Positions 31,690 to 42,299 of a stretch of 64,000 nucleotides of DNA are shown here, piece by piece. This stretch comes from Alphaproteobacteria bacterium. Its GTDB lineage: Bacteria > Pseudomonadota > Alphaproteobacteria > UBA6615. A program made the position numbers and the translations under genes. Within the stretch, counting starts at the first letter, position 1; each line of letters opens with the position of its first letter. Location: contig CBDHEC010000047.1 of the NCBI GenBank assembly GCA_965261975.1, forward strand, positions 64,001 to 128,000, in the 5' to 3' direction. The notes under the pieces are model-generated. The model searched no databases. It had not been told where the DNA came from and saw only the letters and a list, made by a program, of their open reading frames with translations.

Positions 31690-32894
31690 TGCAATGGAAT
31701 TCTTCGCTGGTGACGACTTGGTTCGTCGTTGCGTTCCTGGCGGCGAGCGCGTTGCAACCAGGGATCGCTGATACGCTGCAGGTTGAAGACATCAGAATCG
31801 GTTCCGATGGGCGGACCACGCGGTTTGTCGTTGAATTGAACGATCGTGTTGAACCCAACGTGTTCGGGCTTCCCGATCCGTATCGTCTTGTGATTGACCT
31901 GCCAGAAGTTGGCTTCGATCTGGCTGAAGATCGGATGGGTAGGGGCGGCGGGATTATAACCAACATTCGTTACGGCCAGTTCCGGCCCGGAACGAGCCGC
32001 ATCGTTCTCGATTTGGGTTCGCCGGCTAAAGTCCAAAAGCAATTCGTGCTCGGTCCGGACGGAAACAAACCGTGGCGATTGGTGTTCGACTTGCAGCAAG
32101 CAACGCGCGACGAATTCGTGACCTTGTTGCGCCCGAATGTTGCTGCGACACGACCGGCCGAACGCCAAGCATCAAACCCTGTCCCGCACGTCCCCAAGCA
32201 GCTCGCCAGAATCGTGATCGACCCCGGCCACGGAGGCGTCGATCCGGGGGCCATCGGAACATCAGGCGTCTACGAGAAGGACATTGCGCTCCGCTACTCT
32301 CATGCTGTCGCGCAGGAGCTACGAAACACCGGCAGGTTCGAGGTGAAGCTAACGCGTGATGAAGACGTTTTTTTACCGCTCCGGGACCGCGTGCGACAGG
32401 CAAGGAGTTTGGGAGCCGACCTGTTCTTGTCCTTTCACGCCAATTCGCATCGTAACCGCTCTATACAGGGAGTTTCGGTTTTCACTCTTTCAAACCGTGC
32501 ATCCGATAAGGATGCGGCTGCGATGGCGGCACGCGAGAACAGATCTGACGCGATAAGCGGTGTGGATTTGGGTGATTACAGTGACGAAGTGCAGGATATT
32601 CTCATAGATTTTGCCAGAACAAAGACCAACGAACTCTCCGTCCGCTTCGCGAGAGATATCCTCGTCGACAGGATCAAGCCGGATGCAGAACTTCTGCCAC
32701 GACCCTGGAGGTCAGCCGGCTTCGCAGTTCTCAAAGCGCCCGATGTACCTTCTGTCCTGGTCGAACTGGGATATATTTCGAATCCAAAGGAAGAACGTCT
32801 TCTGAACTCGTCCGCGTACCGCGCAACATTGTCGCGAGCGATAAAAGAGGCGGTTGTCGAATACTTCTCCAGCACGCAGAGTTCCACACTTTAG
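31689..32894 (+). CDS. N-acetylmuramoyl-L-alanine amidase (AmiC-like, AMIN plus Amidase_3)
   Basis: IVIDPGHGGVDPGAIG, EKD, SFHANS, AGFAVLKAPDVPSVLVELGYISN. Confidence 0.92.
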   Translation: MQWNSSLVTTWFVVAFLAASALQPGIADTLQVEDIRIGSDGRTTRFVVELNDRVEPNVFGLPDPYRLVIDLPEVGFDLAEDRMGRGGGIITNIRYGQFRPGTSRIVLDLGSPAKVQKQFVLGPDGNKPWRLVFDLQQATRDEFVTLLRPNVAATRPAERQASNPVPHVPKQLARIVIDPGHGGVDPGAIGTSGVYEKDIALRYSHAVAQELRNTGRFEVKLTRDEDVFLPLRDRVRQARSLGADLFLSFHANSHRNRSIQGVSVFTLSNRASDKDAAAMAARENRSDAISGVDLGDYSDEVQDILIDFARTKTNELSVRFARDILVDRIKPDAELLPRPWRSAGFAVLKAPDVPSVLVELGYISNPKEERLLNSSAYRATLSRAIKEAVVEYFSSTQSSTL

Positions 32895-32995
32895 CTGGCC
32901 ACAATCACATCTATGCCGCGTGCGTGAAGCGCGTACGTCGATGTCACATGCCGGTCCATCGACTATTTTCACTGCACTTGGAAATAGAGAACCGC

Positions 32996-33502
32996 TCAGC
33001 TGCCGCTCTGTCGCAGACTGCCGAACAAAACGCCAACGACACCCAGAACAATCGCCGTATCGGCCAGGTTGAACGCGGGCCAATGGAGCGTGCCGAGGGA
33101 AAAGTCCAGAAAGTCTGTCACGGCGCCATCGTGAAGCCGGTCAATGAGATTGCTTGCCGCGCCACCTGTGATCGCTGCGACAGCCATGGCTTCTCCGTGA
33201 TGCCTGACCCGTCGCAGCCAGATCAAAAGAACCGCGATCATTACTCCAGCTGTGATCGACAGCAACGGCGGCCCCCAGGATCCCAGACCGCTGAGCATTC
33301 CGAAACTGATCCCTCGATTGAATCCGAGATTCAATCGAAAAAATGACGTGATCTCGATGGTTCGGGGTGGGTCCATAAGGGCCGTCGCCACTGTCCATTT
33401 CGTCGCCAAATCCACTGCCGCGATGAAAATGGCAATCAGCACAGCGATCCAAAACAGGCTTGGGGACCGCGCCGAGGTGCACTTGCTGCTGGCTTCAGTC
33501 AT
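32996..33502 (-). CDS. lspA: Lipoprotein signal peptidase II
   Basis: DLATK, NRGISFG, GGAASNLIDR, AVTDFL, WPAFNLAD. Confidence 0.93.
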   Translation of the reverse strand: MTEASSKCTSARSPSLFWIAVLIAIFIAAVDLATKWTVATALMDPPRTIEITSFFRLNLGFNRGISFGMLSGLGSWGPPLLSITAGVMIAVLLIWLRRVRHHGEAMAVAAITGGAASNLIDRLHDGAVTDFLDFSLGTLHWPAFNLADTAIVLGVVGVLFGSLRQSGS

Positions 33503-34922
33503 TCTGGGCTTCCGCTCGATGTTCAGCCTGCACGAGCTTCCGGAAGCCCGCCGGAACTTGTGAAAATTCAAACTCAGAAAAGGCATCTTGAAGGCGTTCC
33601 AGTTCCTCCCCCGCCAGAACTTTTTGCGGCGGGGAATTCACCGTGACCGGATCGACCGCGGATCCGTTATGGAGGACCTCGTAATGCAGATTTGGTCCCG
33701 TCGCGAGACCTGTCGCACCCACATACCCGATTGTCTCGCCCTGTCGAACGCGATCGCCCGCATTCAGACCTGCGGCATATCGGCTTAGATGAGCGTAAGC
33801 CGTTGCGTAGTCGCCGGAATGTTCGATCTGCACATAGTTGCCGAAACCGCCATTCCGCTCGCGTTTCGATACAATGCCGTCCCCCGCGGCGACGACAATG
33901 GCGCCGAGGGGCGCGGAAAAGTCGAGACCCTTGTGCATCCGTGTAAAACCCAACATCGGATGGTCGCGTTTGCCGAAAAGCGATGAAAGTCGGCCGCTGT
34001 CGACCGGCGTTTTCAACAATGCGGTGTCCGCGCTACGACCATCGGAATCGAAGAATCCCGTATACCCGTCACGCGTCGTGTATCGAAGAAATTGCACAAC
34101 CCCACTCGAGAGCCCTATGGACGTGAACAGGAGTTCACCGGGGTGTGTGCCCCCGGCGTCACCGTCGTCGAATTGTTCATACCCGAGTGCAAACTTGTCG
34201 CCTGCGCGGATATCTCGTTGGAAGTCCACTGCATGACCCAGCAGCCGATAGGCCTCCAGGATCACGGTCGAGGGGATGCCTTCGATCCGAGCGGCCTCGT
34301 AGAGGTTCGTCGAAATCGTGCCTGCGGCCAACTCCACGTCAACCGTGTGTTGGATCGATTGCTCGGCTGCCTCAAACCGCTCGTCATTTTGATGTTCAAT
34401 GACGATCTTACGATCTGTTTCCGGCACAAAAGTTAGACGTCTGAGATGAAGATCGTCGCCGTTCTCGGTTCTCGCGCCGAGACCAGCCGTCAGCGCTTGC
34501 CCCGCTTTCAGCGTTCTGGGGTCGAACACCGATTCAAGTGCGAGACTGGCTGCGTAAGCTTCTTTGTGCGCTATTCCCTGTTCTGCGAGAGCGCCGAGCA
34601 ATGTTCCGCCGTCTTCGATTGACAACTCGGCAATCCGGAGTTCACGGTCGTCGTTTGTGGTCGATGGTGCTTTTCCAAGAAAACCGGCAAGCGGATTGTC
34701 CAGGCTTGGAACGTGATCTCGGTCGAGAGTTTCATTCACCGCTTTGGGCTCATCGTCCGGAGGGAGATTGGAGAAGACCATGGATGAGATCATGGCCATC
34801 AGGATGAAAACGCCAGATGCGGGTAACAGGATGAGATAACGGATGTGGCTCGAACTCCGGCGCGGGATAGGTGCCTCGGATTCCTCGACTTCAAGGTTCG
34901 TTCTTCTGCAGCACTTCGTCAT
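33495..34922 (-). CDS. M23-family peptidoglycan endopeptidase
   Basis: HKGLDF, YAHL, TGPNLHYE; N-terminal membrane anchor. Confidence 0.88.
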   Translation of the reverse strand: MTKCCRRTNLEVEESEAPIPRRSSSHIRYLILLPASGVFILMAMISSMVFSNLPPDDEPKAVNETLDRDHVPSLDNPLAGFLGKAPSTTNDDRELRIAELSIEDGGTLLGALAEQGIAHKEAYAASLALESVFDPRTLKAGQALTAGLGARTENGDDLHLRRLTFVPETDRKIVIEHQNDERFEAAEQSIQHTVDVELAAGTISTNLYEAARIEGIPSTVILEAYRLLGHAVDFQRDIRAGDKFALGYEQFDDGDAGGTHPGELLFTSIGLSSGVVQFLRYTTRDGYTGFFDSDGRSADTALLKTPVDSGRLSSLFGKRDHPMLGFTRMHKGLDFSAPLGAIVVAAGDGIVSKRERNGGFGNYVQIEHSGDYATAYAHLSRYAAGLNAGDRVRQGETIGYVGATGLATGPNLHYEVLHNGSAVDPVTVNSPPQKVLAGEELERLQDAFSEFEFSQVPAGFRKLVQAEHRAEAQND

Positions 34923-36055
34923 GGTGTCCAGCTCAACCTGCTCAACAGCCCGATGAAGACCGACATCGCGAATACGGAAAACGTAAACGCGGCAATGCCC
35001 GCCGCCATTGACCGGTTCTTCGTGCGGGCCATGCTGACGAGTGCCTTGCCAGTCGTTGGATAGAGAAGCGCGGCCGAGTTTGAGGGCGACCAGCGGGTCC
35101 GCCTTGTTTCCAGCCGGGCTTCATGCCGTCCATACATCTGGATAACAATGAGAACCGCGACAAGACACATCATGCTGCTCGGAATCCAGATAATAATGCC
35201 ACCGATCTGCTCGTCTGTCAGGGGCGCCATGTCGTGAAGCCGACCGGGGATGTCATAAGCGGTATAGAGAATCCGTGATTTAAGCGCGGTGTATGAACCC
35301 AGGACGATATTCGAGAGGATGACAAGCACCAGCATCAAGACTCTCGCTCCGTGTCGTGTACCGTGTGGTGCTGATCTGCGCTCGAATATCTTCAACCAAA
35401 AGAGAAGTCCGGCAGCAAACATACTGGCATGCATGGAATAATGAACACCGTTATCCAGGATCGCTCGGTTGTGAAAACTCGGAATCTGCCAGAGGTACAA
35501 CGCCGCAACAAAAAGGACTGTCACCGAAGCCGGGTGGGAGATGGCGCCGAAACTCCTGCGGCACAGGCGGTTGGAAGCAATGGGGGCTAAAAGGTTGCGA
35601 CGAAGGATTCTAGGGGTCCCGGCGATCAGCGTCGCAGCTGGCCATGCCAATGCGATCAGCATCGGCCCGAGCATGCGCAGTAACAGGTGCTGAACCTGAT
35701 GAACGTAGAAAAGTCTTTCGGCTACGGGATCGATAGGTGATTGCAGAGCTGCGACGAACGCTACGATACCTGCGAAAAATGAGGCGTGACGCCAACCCGA
35801 GATTGCTTCTCCGGTCCGTCCGTTACGGCGGCGCATGCCAATCAAGTATATTGCTGAGGTGGCCAAAACCGAGATCGACACACTGGCGCTTGGCTGCCAC
35901 GCAAGCCAGATATCACCGTCGGTGAGAGCGTTTCCGTTATGCGCATATGCGGTCAGCGGCCGAAACGTCCAAAGGGTCGCCACCCCGAGTGTGATTGCTG
36001 TCTTGCGAATCACGATTGCCCCGCAAACACAGCTGACCTCTGGTCGATAAAGCAA
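34919..36055 (-). CDS. CtaG/Caa3-type cytochrome c oxidase assembly factor
   Basis: LQSPID, FYVHQVQHLLL, DEQIGGIIIWIP; start uncertain. Confidence 0.85.
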   Translation of the reverse strand: MLYRPEVSCVCGAIVIRKTAITLGVATLWTFRPLTAYAHNGNALTDGDIWLAWQPSASVSISVLATSAIYLIGMRRRNGRTGEAISGWRHASFFAGIVAFVAALQSPIDPVAERLFYVHQVQHLLLRMLGPMLIALAWPAATLIAGTPRILRRNLLAPIASNRLCRRSFGAISHPASVTVLFVAALYLWQIPSFHNRAILDNGVHYSMHASMFAAGLLFWLKIFERRSAPHGTRHGARVLMLVLVILSNIVLGSYTALKSRILYTAYDIPGRLHDMAPLTDEQIGGIIIWIPSSMMCLVAVLIVIQMYGRHEARLETRRTRWSPSNSAALLYPTTGKALVSMARTKNRSMAAGIAAFTFSVFAMSVFIGLLSRLSWTP

Positions 36056-36272
36056 AACTCGTAGGGTGCGTCTGCGCCGCGCACTCGCTGCGGATGGTAT
36101 TCGACAGCCTGAGATGCCGTTTCTGCTCCGGCCCCTTTACGGCGTGCCTCGGACTGTCGGAAGCCTTTTCGGTCGCCTGGTTTCTCGATAGGCAGTCTCG
36201 TACAGGGTTTTGCAAGTCCGGTCGGAGTCAAAGGGCCGAAGAGCCCGCCCCCGCGCGCCACTGAAATTTTCA

Positions 36273-36779
36273 CTAGTGCCCCGCTTCGGATTCGATCACG
36301 ACTGTCACATCGAGCGTTCCCGCGCTGCCGAAATCCAGCGTCAAATCAAAAGAATCTCCCTCGCCGAGGGGACGTTTCAGACCTGTTACCCAGAGGTGTT
36401 CGCGCCAGGGCGCCAAAGCGAACGGCCGTCCGGGTTCGAATTTGATCGCTTCCGGCCACCGAACCGATCCGTTCTTGGCCTTGCGAATACGCACTGTGCC
36501 GGCGACTGAAGTTGTCGCTCCGACAAGGCTTACGGGCTTGCTGCTGCTGTTCAGAACGCCCGCGTATATGGGGATGTTCCCGCTTCCATCGACAGGCTGC
36601 GGCGCCCATATATGGCCGACGGCGAGATCACCGAGTTCATAACTGTGCGCCGACGTGGCCGTTGGGTTGAAAACGAAAAGCAATGCCGCCGCGAACCCGC
36701 TCAGCCGTGATATTATGCAGGACCGGCTTTCGGACAAGCTGTTTCTGGAACGAGCTACAGGGTTCCCATGTGAGATCAT
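36273..36779 (-). CDS. PCu(A)C-like periplasmic protein (degenerate metal motif)
   Basis: AHSYELGDLAVGHIWA...LAPWREHLWVTGLKRPL...LTLDF fold pattern; lacks the usual Met ligands. Confidence 0.7.
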   Translation of the reverse strand: MISHGNPVARSRNSLSESRSCIISRLSGFAAALLFVFNPTATSAHSYELGDLAVGHIWAPQPVDGSGNIPIYAGVLNSSSKPVSLVGATTSVAGTVRIRKAKNGSVRWPEAIKFEPGRPFALAPWREHLWVTGLKRPLGEGDSFDLTLDFGSAGTLDVTVVIESEAGH

Positions 36780-37240
36780 TGTCCAGGGCCCCGGGAACCG
36801 GGCCCCATGACCGGCACCGTGAGTTCGACCCGCTCGCCGTTCGAAAAACGCACCGCCAGGGGAAACTCGCCCCCCCTGACGATCGGCTGTCTGAGGTTCA
36901 TCAACATCACGTGGAGACCACCAGGCGCCAGGGTTACGCTGCCGCCGGCTGGAATTTCGACATCCCCCGCAGATTGCATGCTCAGTACGCCACCGTCTTG
37001 TATGATTCGGTGGATTTCCGCGCGTCCCGCGACGGGCGTTTCCACCCCAACGATCCATACCGCTTCGCGCCCGTTGTTCTGGACGGTCAAATAGGCTGCG
37101 GAAGGCCGCGAGGTGCCGATTGAGGCGCGCGCCCATGGCTGGACTATTTGAACGGCATTCTGTTCCTGCGCGGTGACGGTAACCGGCACGAACCCGAAAC
37201 CGACTATCAGCAGGGCCGCGGCAAGCAATCTGACAGTCAT
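36776..37240 (-). CDS. Copper chaperone PCu(A)C
   Basis: PWARAS, AEIH...M...LAPGGLHVML. Confidence 0.9.
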   Translation of the reverse strand: MTVRLLAAALLIVGFGFVPVTVTAQEQNAVQIVQPWARASIGTSRPSAAYLTVQNNGREAVWIVGVETPVAGRAEIHRIIQDGGVLSMQSAGDVEIPAGGSVTLAPGGLHVMLMNLRQPIVRGGEFPLAVRFSNGERVELTVPVMGPGSRGPGQ

Positions 37241-37959
37241 TCTCTTTCTCCATCGGGTCGACCCAGGGTCGAGAGCGCCAATCGGATCGTCGAGACCATT
37301 TCGTCTGCCGACGAACCGAAACTGAAATGTGTCAGATAGTCATTGTCCGGCGACATCAGGTAGGTCTGTCCCTGGTGACTTACGAGGTAATCGTCGCCCT
37401 TCGGCTCGGTTCGGTCGCGCTGCGTGGGGTCGCTTTCAAAGTAGGCGTCGACACTGGTCTTCTCGTAGAAGATCCGGTACGCCTCGGCGACCGTGGCGAT
37501 CTGTTCCGCCGAGCCGGTCAAACCTATGATCCGGGGGTCGAACGCGGCCACATACTCGGCCATCAAATCCGGCGTGTCGCGTTCGGGATCGATGCTGATG
37601 AACAAGGGCCAAACGGTCTTGGCGTCTGTACCGAGCATGTCCAGCGCGACTGAGATGTCGCCCAGCGTCGTGGGGCAGACGTCGGGACAATTGGTGAACC
37701 CGAAGAAAACGAGAAGATACTTGCCCGCAAATTCCTCATCCGTGACCGTGCGGCCTTCGTGGTCGACAAGTGTAAACGGACCGCCGATGGGCACGGTGCC
37801 GGGCGGTGCGAACCGGTCCGACGCACCTGCGTCGACCGCGGTTTGCGGGCCTCTATCCTTCAAAAGGTGCAGGGTACTGAATGCCAGCCCGAGCAACGCG
37901 GCGGTGGCGGCGATGATGAGCAGGGTCGGGCGGATATGCTGTCGCACAGGCAAGATCAA
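37237..37959 (-). CDS. SCO1/SenC copper chaperone
   Basis: GGPFTLVDH, FGFTNCPDVCP, DPERDT, YLVSH. Confidence 0.93.
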   Translation of the reverse strand: MILPVRQHIRPTLLIIAATAALLGLAFSTLHLLKDRGPQTAVDAGASDRFAPPGTVPIGGPFTLVDHEGRTVTDEEFAGKYLLVFFGFTNCPDVCPTTLGDISVALDMLGTDAKTVWPLFISIDPERDTPDLMAEYVAAFDPRIIGLTGSAEQIATVAEAYRIFYEKTSVDAYFESDPTQRDRTEPKGDDYLVSHQGQTYLMSPDNDYLTHFSFGSSADEMVSTIRLALSTLGRPDGERE

Positions 37960-38132
37960 AACCTTTTTTCGATGCCGTTTGGCAAGCCGATGATTTCCGC
38001 GTTGTGCAAGGCATCCACGCGCGTGTTTCTATCTCGTCGCCAGCAAACGTATGAAGGCTGATTTACTGGTAGCAGCACGGACTGGGGACGCATCGATATG
38101 GTGCGTTAACCGGGTGGATCGTCCCATGTGAC

Positions 38133-38804
38133 CTACTGACGCGATTTCGTTCGCGCCGCTGCCACTTCGGCATCGACGAACTCAACGAGTTGGCGCTGAC
38201 CGAATTCCGGCAGTGGCTTTCCGTTCACAAAGAATGTGGGTGTGCCCCTGACCCCGACGGATTTTACGTCCGCCATGTCTTGCAGAACAATTGACGTAAT
38301 GTCGGGCAGTTGCATGAATTTTCGCGCTTTTTCGAGATCGAGCCCGGCGGCGGCGGCAGCTTGATAAGCCAGTTCTATTTGCGGGGATCCATGACGTGCC
38401 CATCTTGGCTGTGTCTCGAGAATGGCTTCCAGGACAGGTTCGTAAACATTCTGCAGCCGTGCCGTCTCAAGCAATCGGACAACTTCCTCTGAACTTGCGT
38501 GGAAGGGTGTGTAGCGGATTACGACCCTTACTTCCTCGGGATACTTCGCCAGAATTCCCTTCACTGTGGGGTGAAATGCCCGACACGATTCGCACGCGGG
38601 ATCGAAGAACTCCACAACTGTCACGGGCGCGTCCGCGGGGCCGAAGCTGGGAGAGTAGGAGCGCTCGAGAACGCTCTCCTCGGAAACCGCCTCCGCCGTT
38701 AAATCGGGAGCGATCGGCGGCGGGCGTTGAAAAACCAGCGCGCTGGCCGCGAAGCCGCCAAGAGCGACGGCGGCGATCGCGATGACGAGGTTGCGTGTGT
38801 TCAC
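38133..38804 (-). CDS. DsbA-family thiol-disulfide oxidoreductase
   Basis: EFFDPACESCRAFHP, GVRGTPTFFVNG; GTG start after AAGGAG. Confidence 0.9.
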   Translation of the reverse strand: MNTRNLVIAIAAVALGGFAASALVFQRPPPIAPDLTAEAVSEESVLERSYSPSFGPADAPVTVVEFFDPACESCRAFHPTVKGILAKYPEEVRVVIRYTPFHASSEEVVRLLETARLQNVYEPVLEAILETQPRWARHGSPQIELAYQAAAAAGLDLEKARKFMQLPDITSIVLQDMADVKSVGVRGTPTFFVNGKPLPEFGQRQLVEFVDAEVAAARTKSRQ

Positions 38805-39241
38805 GATGTTGTTCTCCTTTGTACGCCCCAGAGAAGCGAGGCAATGGCGATGAAGGCAGCAAGAGAGAGGTACGGGATGGGCACGCCGCCGAATATGGTC
38901 ATTCCGGTGTCGGTGCATGATGGGCCTGTGCCGCAAGGCACGAGGGGGGTGGGAATCACTCCGGCATAAAGCGCCGAATGATAGGCCGCTATGAGTCCGC
39001 CAATCGCCGCCAGCGGCAGTGCGTAGCGCCAGACGGCAAATTCCATCCGGTAAGAGGCAACACCGAGAACAACGGCGAGCGGGAACATGAAAGCCCTCTG
39101 GTACCAGCAAAGAACGCAGGGTGTCTGACCCAACACTTCGCCGATAAACAGTGCGCCGAGACTGGAAACCAGTGCAATCACCCACGCCCCCAACAGAATG
39201 CCGGAACAGACCGTCCCTGGCCTTGACTCGCTTTCGGTCAT
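38801..39241 (-). CDS. DsbB/BdbC disulfide-bond formation protein
   Basis: PCVLCWYQRAFMFPL and a second Cys pair PCGTGPSC. Confidence 0.92.
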   Translation of the reverse strand: MTESESRPGTVCSGILLGAWVIALVSSLGALFIGEVLGQTPCVLCWYQRAFMFPLAVVLGVASYRMEFAVWRYALPLAAIGGLIAAYHSALYAGVIPTPLVPCGTGPSCTDTGMTIFGGVPIPYLSLAAFIAIASLLWGVQRRTTS

Positions 39242-39274
39242 CGTATCGACGCCTTCCTCAGAATTGTTCGGGTC

Positions 39275-41620
39275 TTAACCGGCCAACCGGCTGGAGCTGT
39301 TCGACGCTGCGCGCATGGATGGGGGCTTCCCTTCAGATGTCACACATCGCGGTGCGCCGGTTCCCGCGCGCGCCTTCAATAGCCTCAAGGCGTTCGCAAC
39401 GACAAGCAGCGAGGCACCGACGTCCGCGGCGATCGCACCCCAAAGCGATGCGAAGCCCGCAAATGTCAGGATGACGAACAATGCCTTGACCCCGAGTGAG
39501 AATGCGATGTTTTGCCGGATTATCGACAGCGTGTGTCGGGAGTGACTCACGAGCCAGGCGAGCTTTGCCAGGTCGTCCGTCATGAGCGCGATGTCTGCAG
39601 TTTCTATGGCCGCGTCCGAGCCTGCGGCTCCCATGGCGACGCCGAAGCTGGCGCGCGCCATCGCGGGTGCATCGTTCACACCGTCCCCTATCATGGCGAC
39701 GGTTCCATATCTCTCGACGAGTGCGTCGATCATGGAGACCTTATCTTCCGGCAGAAGCTCGGCGTGGACCTCATCGAGATCCAGGTCCTGGGCAATAGCT
39801 TCAGCGGTTAGCTTGTTGTCGCCCGTTAGCATGACCAGATGCTCGATTCCGGCGCGGCGAAGCGCATCGAGCGACTGTCGCGCGCCGGGTCGCAACGTGT
39901 CCGAGATTGCGATCAGACCGCAAACGTGTCGGTCGTTGCCAACGGCGACCACGGTGTTACCTGCCCGCTCCAATGTGTTGACCCGGGCCTGGATCTCGTC
40001 GATGTTCAGGTTGCGTTCGACGAGGTAACGGTTCGAACCGAGCCAGAAGAACTCGCCGCCGAAAACGCCGTTTACGCCTTTGCCCTTGATTGTCTGTACG
40101 TCGGTTGCCGGGTGCACCTTTATTCCCCGTTCGATCGCGCTATCGATTACCGCGCGTGCCAGCGGATGCTGGCTTCGCGCTTCCAGTGCAGCGGCGCGCT
40201 CCAGGACAGACTCTTCCGTGTGTCCGTACAGCGGGATGACATTCGTGACAACGGGCTGGCCTCGCGTGAGCGTTCCGGTCTTGTCGAACGCGAGCGCCTT
40301 CGTGTGCGCGGGCAGTTCGACGTACACTCCGCCCTTGATCAACACGCCGCTGCGAGCTGCCGCCGCCAGTGCGGATACGATACTGACGGGCGTCGAGATG
40401 ACCAGCGCACAGGGACAAGCGATGACGAGCAGCACGAGCGACCTGTAGAGCCACTCGCTCCAGTCGGCGCCGAACACGACCGGCGGAATCAACAGAACGG
40501 CAATCGATGCAAGAATGACGAGAGGCGTGTAAACGCGCGCGAACTTCTCGACCCACTGCTCCGCATTTGCGCGGCGGCCCTGCGCGTCCTCGACCATGCG
40601 AATAATTCTGGCAATGGTCGTTTCTTCCGCGCGCTTCGTGCTCTCGACCTCGAGCGCGCCATCCCCGTTGATCGTGCCGGCAAAAACGCCGTCGCCCAAC
40701 TCCTTCGCAACGGGAATGCTTTCGCCCGTGATCGGTGCCTGGTCGACACTGCTCGATCCGCCAACGATTTGTCCGTCGAGGGGTATGCGCTCGCCCGGCT
40801 TGACGATGAACAGGGCTCCAACCGGGACGTCGGCAGCCCTGACCTCTTTCTCGCTCCCGTCGGCCTGCTTTACGCGCACCGTTGTCGGCGCTAGGTCCAG
40901 CAGCGCGGAAATCGCACGCCGCGCCCGCGCGATGCTCCATCCCTCGAGCGTGAGGGATAGCGAAAACAGGAAGGCAACGGCGGCACCCTCGAACCACTCC
41001 CCGATTCCGATCGCGCCCGCAACCGCGATGACCATGAGCAGGTTGATGTCGGGCCGCAGTCGCGTCGCGGCGTGCCATGCCTTTGGCAGAACGAAGAGCA
41101 CGCCGAAACCGATGGCCAGCGCGTAAGCGACGATTTCCAAAGGGGGCACTGACTGGCCACCGTGGCCGGAAAAGAGTTGAAAACCTTCCGATAACCCGCC
41201 CGCGTGCCAGAAATGAAAGGCTATTCCCTTCAGCACCCCGATACCGCTCAATGCAGTGAAGAATGTTCGATAGCGCTGATGGCTGTTTTCCGACCCCTGG
41301 TTATCCGAGACCGTTCCCTGTTCCTCGGCTGTCAGTCCTGCGCGGGTGACCGCCTTCTTCACATCGCTGGCGGAAACGGGCGACGCATTATCGAGAACGG
41401 CCATTTCGCCTCTGATCAAATTGAAAGCCAGTTTGTCCGCGCCACCCGCCAGCGGCCCCACCTCTCGTTCGAGAGCGGTTATCTCCGCCGCGCAATCGAG
41501 GCCATGGACCTTGAATCGAAAGCGTACGCCGTCCTGACTGGGGAATTCAGACGCAGATGCGGTGTCCGACTCCCCCGGGGTTAGCATTGTCTGGTCGTGC
41601 GGCTGGCGGTCGGACATCAT
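39275..41620 (-). CDS. P1B-2 heavy-metal ATPase (CadA/ZntA/PbrA type)
   Basis: GLDCAAE N-terminal site, [24 protein letters not shown] in TM7, AADVG in TM8. Confidence 0.93.
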   Translation of the reverse strand: MMSDRQPHDQTMLTPGESDTASASEFPSQDGVRFRFKVHGLDCAAEITALEREVGPLAGGADKLAFNLIRGEMAVLDNASPVSASDVKKAVTRAGLTAEEQGTVSDNQGSENSHQRYRTFFTALSGIGVLKGIAFHFWHAGGLSEGFQLFSGHGGQSVPPLEIVAYALAIGFGVLFVLPKAWHAATRLRPDINLLMVIAVAGAIGIGEWFEGAAVAFLFSLSLTLEGWSIARARRAISALLDLAPTTVRVKQADGSEKEVRAADVPVGALFIVKPGERIPLDGQIVGGSSSVDQAPITGESIPVAKELGDGVFAGTINGDGALEVESTKRAEETTIARIIRMVEDAQGRRANAEQWVEKFARVYTPLVILASIAVLLIPPVVFGADWSEWLYRSLVLLVIACPCALVISTPVSIVSALAAAARSGVLIKGGVYVELPAHTKALAFDKTGTLTRGQPVVTNVIPLYGHTEESVLERAAALEARSQHPLARAVIDSAIERGIKVHPATDVQTIKGKGVNGVFGGEFFWLGSNRYLVERNLNIDEIQARVNTLERAGNTVVAVGNDRHVCGLIAISDTLRPGARQSLDALRRAGIEHLVMLTGDNKLTAEAIAQDLDLDEVHAELLPEDKVSMIDALVERYGTVAMIGDGVNDAPAMARASFGVAMGAAGSDAAIETADIALMTDDLAKLAWLVSHSRHTLSIIRQNIAFSLGVKALFVILTFAGFASLWGAIAADVGASLLVVANALRLLKARAGTGAPRCVTSEGKPPSMRAASNSSSRLAG

Positions 41621-41662
41621 GATTCCTGTATCGATCAACGGGCTCGAACCCGAATGCGCGTG

Positions 41663-41693
41663 AGTGTAGAATCTACAGCCACTGGAGCTTCAA
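41663..41693 (-). promoter_or_regulatory. MerR-type promoter of the cadA-like operon
   Basis: TTGAAG-N19-TACACT with dyad CTCCAGTGGCTGTAG. Confidence 0.8.
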
Positions 41694-41759
41694 GGGGTTT
41701 CTTGATACGGTAATTGCGCTGCTTCGGCGCACGCATCAGCGGAGAGAAAGGAACCGGCA

Positions 41760-42203
41760 ATGGCCCTCAACACGAACCTGTCGATCGGAGATCTTTCGCG
41801 GCACACCGGCTGCAAGGTTCAGACGATCCGATACTATGAGGATGTCGGGCTTATGCCGAGACCGCGCCGCACGGCTGGCAATCAGCGCCGATATGCCTCA
41901 GGAGATGCAGACCGCCTTGCTTTCATTCGGCACGCCCGCGAGCTGGGTTTCGATTTGGCGGCGATACGCGAGCTGTTGGATCTATCGGATGCGCCCGACA
42001 AACCCTGCGAAACCGCCGACACAATCGCGCGCACTCAACTGCGGCACATCGACAGCCGACTTACCCGCCTACGGGCGCTCCGAAAGGAACTGAAACGAAT
42101 GATCGACGATTGCGAAGGCGATCGCGTCGCGAGCTGTCGGGTCATCCAGATACTTGCAGATCATTCGGAGTGTTTGAGCGACGACCACCAGGCGCCGCAT
42201 TGA
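41760..42203 (+). CDS. MerR-family regulator (CadR/PbrR/ZntR type)
   Basis: SIGDLS...TIRYYE HTH; three-Cys set PC..., DC-x7-C; divergent from the ATPase. Confidence 0.9.
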   Translation: MALNTNLSIGDLSRHTGCKVQTIRYYEDVGLMPRPRRTAGNQRRYASGDADRLAFIRHARELGFDLAAIRELLDLSDAPDKPCETADTIARTQLRHIDSRLTRLRALRKELKRMIDDCEGDRVASCRVIQILADHSECLSDDHQAPH

Positions 42204-42299
42204 CAACGAGGCCGGTCGCGGCTCGGAAACGCCCTCCGCGGTGAGCGCCTAGCTCGTTTGAGCTGCGCTCCCTGGGGTGTTCTTGCCTTACTTCGGTTC

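Noticed and set aside
36273-37253. 326-aa ORF and the 350-aa ORF at 38133-39185 as single long proteins
   Set aside because: Their N-terminal halves overlap real upstream genes in another frame; true starts are about 36779 and 38804
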